Assembly: GCF_963676685.1 (NCBI RefSeq)
Contig: NC_092357.1
Span: 23,808,001 to 23,872,000, forward strand
From: Mytilus edulis
Taxonomy: Eukaryota
DNA: 64,000 nt
Reading direction: 5' to 3'
Below the pieces are notes generated by a model. That model worked only from the letters and a program-made list of their open reading frames with translations. It did not search any database and had not been told where the DNA came from. The translations under genes were made by a program, and so were the position numbers. Below are positions 61,178 through 64,000 of this stretch, piece by piece. The stretch's first letter is position 1, and each line of letters opens with the position of its first letter.

Positions 61178-64000
61178 ATGCCAAAAAAAAGCAAAAAGGC
61201 AAGAAGTACTAAGCTGAAAGAAAATAAAAAAAGACAGAGAAAAGCTAGACAGGAAAAAAACATCAATCTTAGGGATGGTCAGTGCAACAACCAATCAAAT
61301 AGTAAAGATCAGAGCAACACCTCTCTAAACTTTCAAAATATAGATCAGAGCGTCATCTCTCAAAACTGTCATGATTTAGATAAGAGCGTCATCTCTCAAA
61401 ACTGTCTTGATTTAGATCAGAGCATCATCTCTCAAAACTGTCATGATTTAGATCAGAGCGTCATCTCTCAAAACTGTCTTGATTTAGATCAGAACATCAT
61501 CTCTCAAAACTGTAATGATTTAGAGCAGAGCGTCATCTCTCAAAACTGTCATGATTTAGATCAGAGTGTCATCTCTCAAAACTGTCATGATTTAGATCAG
61601 AGTGTCATCTCTCAAAACTGGCATGATTTAGATCAGAGCGTCATCTCTAAAAACTGTCATGATTTAGATCAGAGCGACATCTCTCAAAAATGTCATGATT
61701 TTGATGTAAATGAGAGAATTATATTAGAAAATGAAATTGAAAATATATTAGAAAATGAAATTGAAAATATATTAGAAAATGAAATTGAAAATATATTAGA
61801 AAATGAAATAGAAAATATATTAGAGAATAGAATTGAACATTTATATGAGAATGAAACTGAAAAACTAGTTCAGAGCGTCAGCTCTACAAACTATCAATAC
61901 AAGAGAAATAAATATGATGATAATATATATCAGAGTAAAAGTGATATACAAAATCAGACAGAAAAACTAGACCAGAATCAGGTTGAAAAACTGGATAAAA
62001 AGCAGATTGAAAAACTGAATAAAAATCAGAATAAAAAAATTGTTCAAAATCGGACAGAAAAACTGGATCAAAATCAGATTGAAAAACAGGATGAAAATAG
62101 GATTGTTAAAAAGAAGTATGAAAATTTTATTGAACAACTAGATCTAAAACACAATTGTCCGTATATAGAAACTGAAAGTGAAATAGTACTTATGAATAAA
62201 GTTCAATTGGAACAATATCAAAGTAAAATAAACCACAAAACTTCAATCAAAGCACAATGTAACAACAAAATAAACACAGCTAAGGTTAAGGATTGTGTAA
62301 AGGTTAGTAGACCAGGTATTAGAAATACATTTGTACAAGGTAGTTTTCACCAAGGAGATATAAGATTTGGTTTAAACAGTGGTAAGCAATGTGTGGCGAA
62401 TTGTTGTTCAGCTCTTGCTTTTAGTAAATTGAAAGATTTGACCTATTGGGATCAGAAATATTTAGATAAGGTTCTGATTTATGGGAATGATTTATATAGC
62501 CGTGTTAGTGGTAATAATCATCACTTATTAATATCTGACCTACCACCAATATTAGATATATCAGGAAAATTGATGCAATTGTCACTAAAAGAGTCGATAT
62601 CTGCAGTAATAGATACATCAGAAAGTATTGATTTTAGTGAATTTGGTAATTCTTTGCCATTAGATCAAGCTTTACAGGAATCCCTTGTAGATTATGATGC
62701 TTGCTTTATATGTGCATATGATACTTCATTTTTAGCCTTGAAACATGGCGTTGATTTATTTTTGTTTGATTCACATGCAAGAAACGAGTTTGGTTTAAAG
62801 CACAGTAATGGCAAAAGTTTACTTTTAAAATTGAGCAGTCTAGATCATCTTTATCAATACTGTTGCAACATGGTATCAGGAGCAAGTCAAAATCAGTGGT
62901 TTGAGGTAACTGGAGTAAGCATATCTATAGTTGGAGAACCTGTAGTGTACAATAATGGTGATAAAAGTCCGGAAAACCATAACGAAATAAACAACACCAA
63001 CTATAGCAATATTGGAAATTATGAAACAATGAACACCAGTGACTATGAGCTGCCTGAAATTGTTGAAGTAGAAAACGAGAAAGGGTCAACCCTTACAAAA
63101 GTTCACGAAAAAATAAATGTAACATTTGACATCTATAGCTCTGAAAGTAATGCCAATAATAATATCAACAAGAATGAGTCTGATGTTGAAATTGTGTCTG
63201 CAACTAACATGTCTTATGATTTTAAACCAATCAACACTATTGCAAAGAAAAAGCTTTGTCTCATTGTTAAGATACCAACTAAGCATATTCACAAGCAAAT
63301 CACCAATACTATTTTTGATATGGGCCCCCCATCTACTACAAAATCTATCACAGGTGATGGCAATTGTTTGTTTCGAGCTATTTCATATGCACTTTCAAAT
63401 AGACAGGAGTTTTATGGAAATATAAGAAAAGATATAGTTGATCATTTGATGAAAAATGCAGAAATGTTTAAATCTTTTTTACAGCCAAGATTCAAAACTA
63501 TCACAGAGCACATACATTCTCTCCAGATGAAAGAAAATAATGTATGGGGAACTGAGTTGGAGATTATAGCATGTGCAGACCTGCTAAAAACTGACATTTA
63601 CACTTATTACAATGATTCGTGGATTAAATATTCTTCATCTCAATTATGTAACAAAAACAAAATTAATGCTCAGGCAATCTATCTTCAACATCTAACTGGC
63701 ATCAATCACTACGAAGTTGTCACAGATGTAAGTCAGAAGTCAAGGTATCAAAACAGAATGCAATCTAGTCCAGTTGAAAGGGAAAAGTCTGAATTTGATA
63801 GGAAATGTGAGGTGCCAACATTGAAAATTAATGATTCAGATAACTCTTCGGATGATGAATCAAAAGTCTTATCAAAATCTGAAAAAGAAAGGAATAGGTA
63901 CAGGAAAGATGAGGAATTTAAAGCAAGAAAGATTTCCACTCTGAAAAGAAAATATAGGGAAAATGAGACATACAGAGATATTGCAATACAAGCAGGTATC
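61178..64000 (+). CDS. >=941-aa ORF (3' incomplete): repeat-rich N-terminus, herpes tegument-like (peptidase C76/VTD) deubiquitinase and OTU deubiquitinase; probable Helitron/Helentron polyprotein
   Basis: ATG at 61178 just after a ttctttttcag acceptor; manual translation finds no stop to 64000. VQGSFHQGD..FG.NSGKQC (Cys 62390) with LFLFDSHAR (Asp 62768, His 62774); GDGNCLFRAIS (Cys 63365), WGTELEI and NHYEVV (His 63707). Confidence 0.9.
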   Translation, partial: MPKKSKKARSTKLKENKKRQRKARQEKNINLRDGQCNNQSNSKDQSNTSLNFQNIDQSVISQNCHDLDKSVISQNCLDLDQSIISQNCHDLDQSVISQNCLDLDQNIISQNCNDLEQSVISQNCHDLDQSVISQNCHDLDQSVISQNWHDLDQSVISKNCHDLDQSDISQKCHDFDVNERIILENEIENILENEIENILENEIENILENEIENILENRIEHLYENETEKLVQSVSSTNYQYKRNKYDDNIYQSKSDIQNQTEKLDQNQVEKLDKKQIEKLNKNQNKKIVQNRTEKLDQNQIEKQDENRIVKKKYENFIEQLDLKHNCPYIETESEIVLMNKVQLEQYQSKINHKTSIKAQCNNKINTAKVKDCVKVSRPGIRNTFVQGSFHQGDIRFGLNSGKQCVANCCSALAFSKLKDLTYWDQKYLDKVLIYGNDLYSRVSGNNHHLLISDLPPILDISGKLMQLSLKESISAVIDTSESIDFSEFGNSLPLDQALQESLVDYDACFICAYDTSFLALKHGVDLFLFDSHARNEFGLKHSNGKSLLLKLSSLDHLYQYCCNMVSGASQNQWFEVTGVSISIVGEPVVYNNGDKSPENHNEINNTNYSNIGNYETMNTSDYELPEIVEVENEKGSTLTKVHEKINVTFDIYSSESNANNNINKNESDVEIVSATNMSYDFKPINTIAKKKLCLIVKIPTKHIHKQITNTIFDMGPPSTTKSITGDGNCLFRAISYALSNRQEFYGNIRKDIVDHLMKNAEMFKSFLQPRFKTITEHIHSLQMKENNVWGTELEIIACADLLKTDIYTYYNDSWIKYSSSQLCNKNKINAQAIYLQHLTGINHYEVVTDVSQKSRYQNRMQSSPVEREKSEFDRKCEVPTLKINDSDNSSDDESKVLSKSEKERNRYRKDEEFKARKISTLKRKYRENETYRDIAIQAGI
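61343..61702 (+). repeat. Coding 36-bp tandem repeat, 10 copies (DQSVISQNCHDL)
   Basis: GATCAGAGCGTCATCTCTCAAAACTGTCATGATTTA units, in frame; followed by 24-bp ENEIENIL units at ~61721-61860. Confidence 0.95.

Noticed and set aside
63086-63939. Short ORFs listed in the track near the right end
   Set aside because: Alternative-frame or antisense shadows of the long 61178-64000 ORF.
8-64000. Functional link between the UBL gene and the dual-DUB ORF
   Set aside because: They are ~45 kb apart, separated by unrelated transposons, and the UBLs lack a di-Gly cleavage site; proximity alone is not evidence.

Overview
AT-rich, repeat-dense eukaryotic DNA. The repeat families resemble those of bivalve molluscs such as Mytilus (inference). 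Left third: a minus-strand spliced gene, probably damaged, with two ubiquitin-like domains; one intron holds a full-length but frameshifted AcademX DNA transposon (8745-14511, imperfect TIRs, TTC TSD). Middle: a 5'-truncated Penelope-like RT with no C-terminal endonuclease (Naiad-like), inserted into a ~342-bp hammerhead-bearing tandem repeat. Next is a young partial-tandem Penelope-like element (RT + GIY-YIG, 35096-42227) in a (TA)n tract, with hammerhead pLTRs and an unusual overlapping two-ORF layout around a U UUU UUA slippery site. It abuts a 440-bp tRNA-like/hammerhead-like dimer. Right third: nested HINE/DINE-type, hAT-like and foldback non-autonomous elements, then a >=941-codon ORF that runs off the window and is absent from the ORF track. 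It encodes a herpes-tegument-like deubiquitinase plus an OTU domain, probably the N-terminus of a Helitron/Helentron protein. All family assignments come from motif recognition; no database searches were run.
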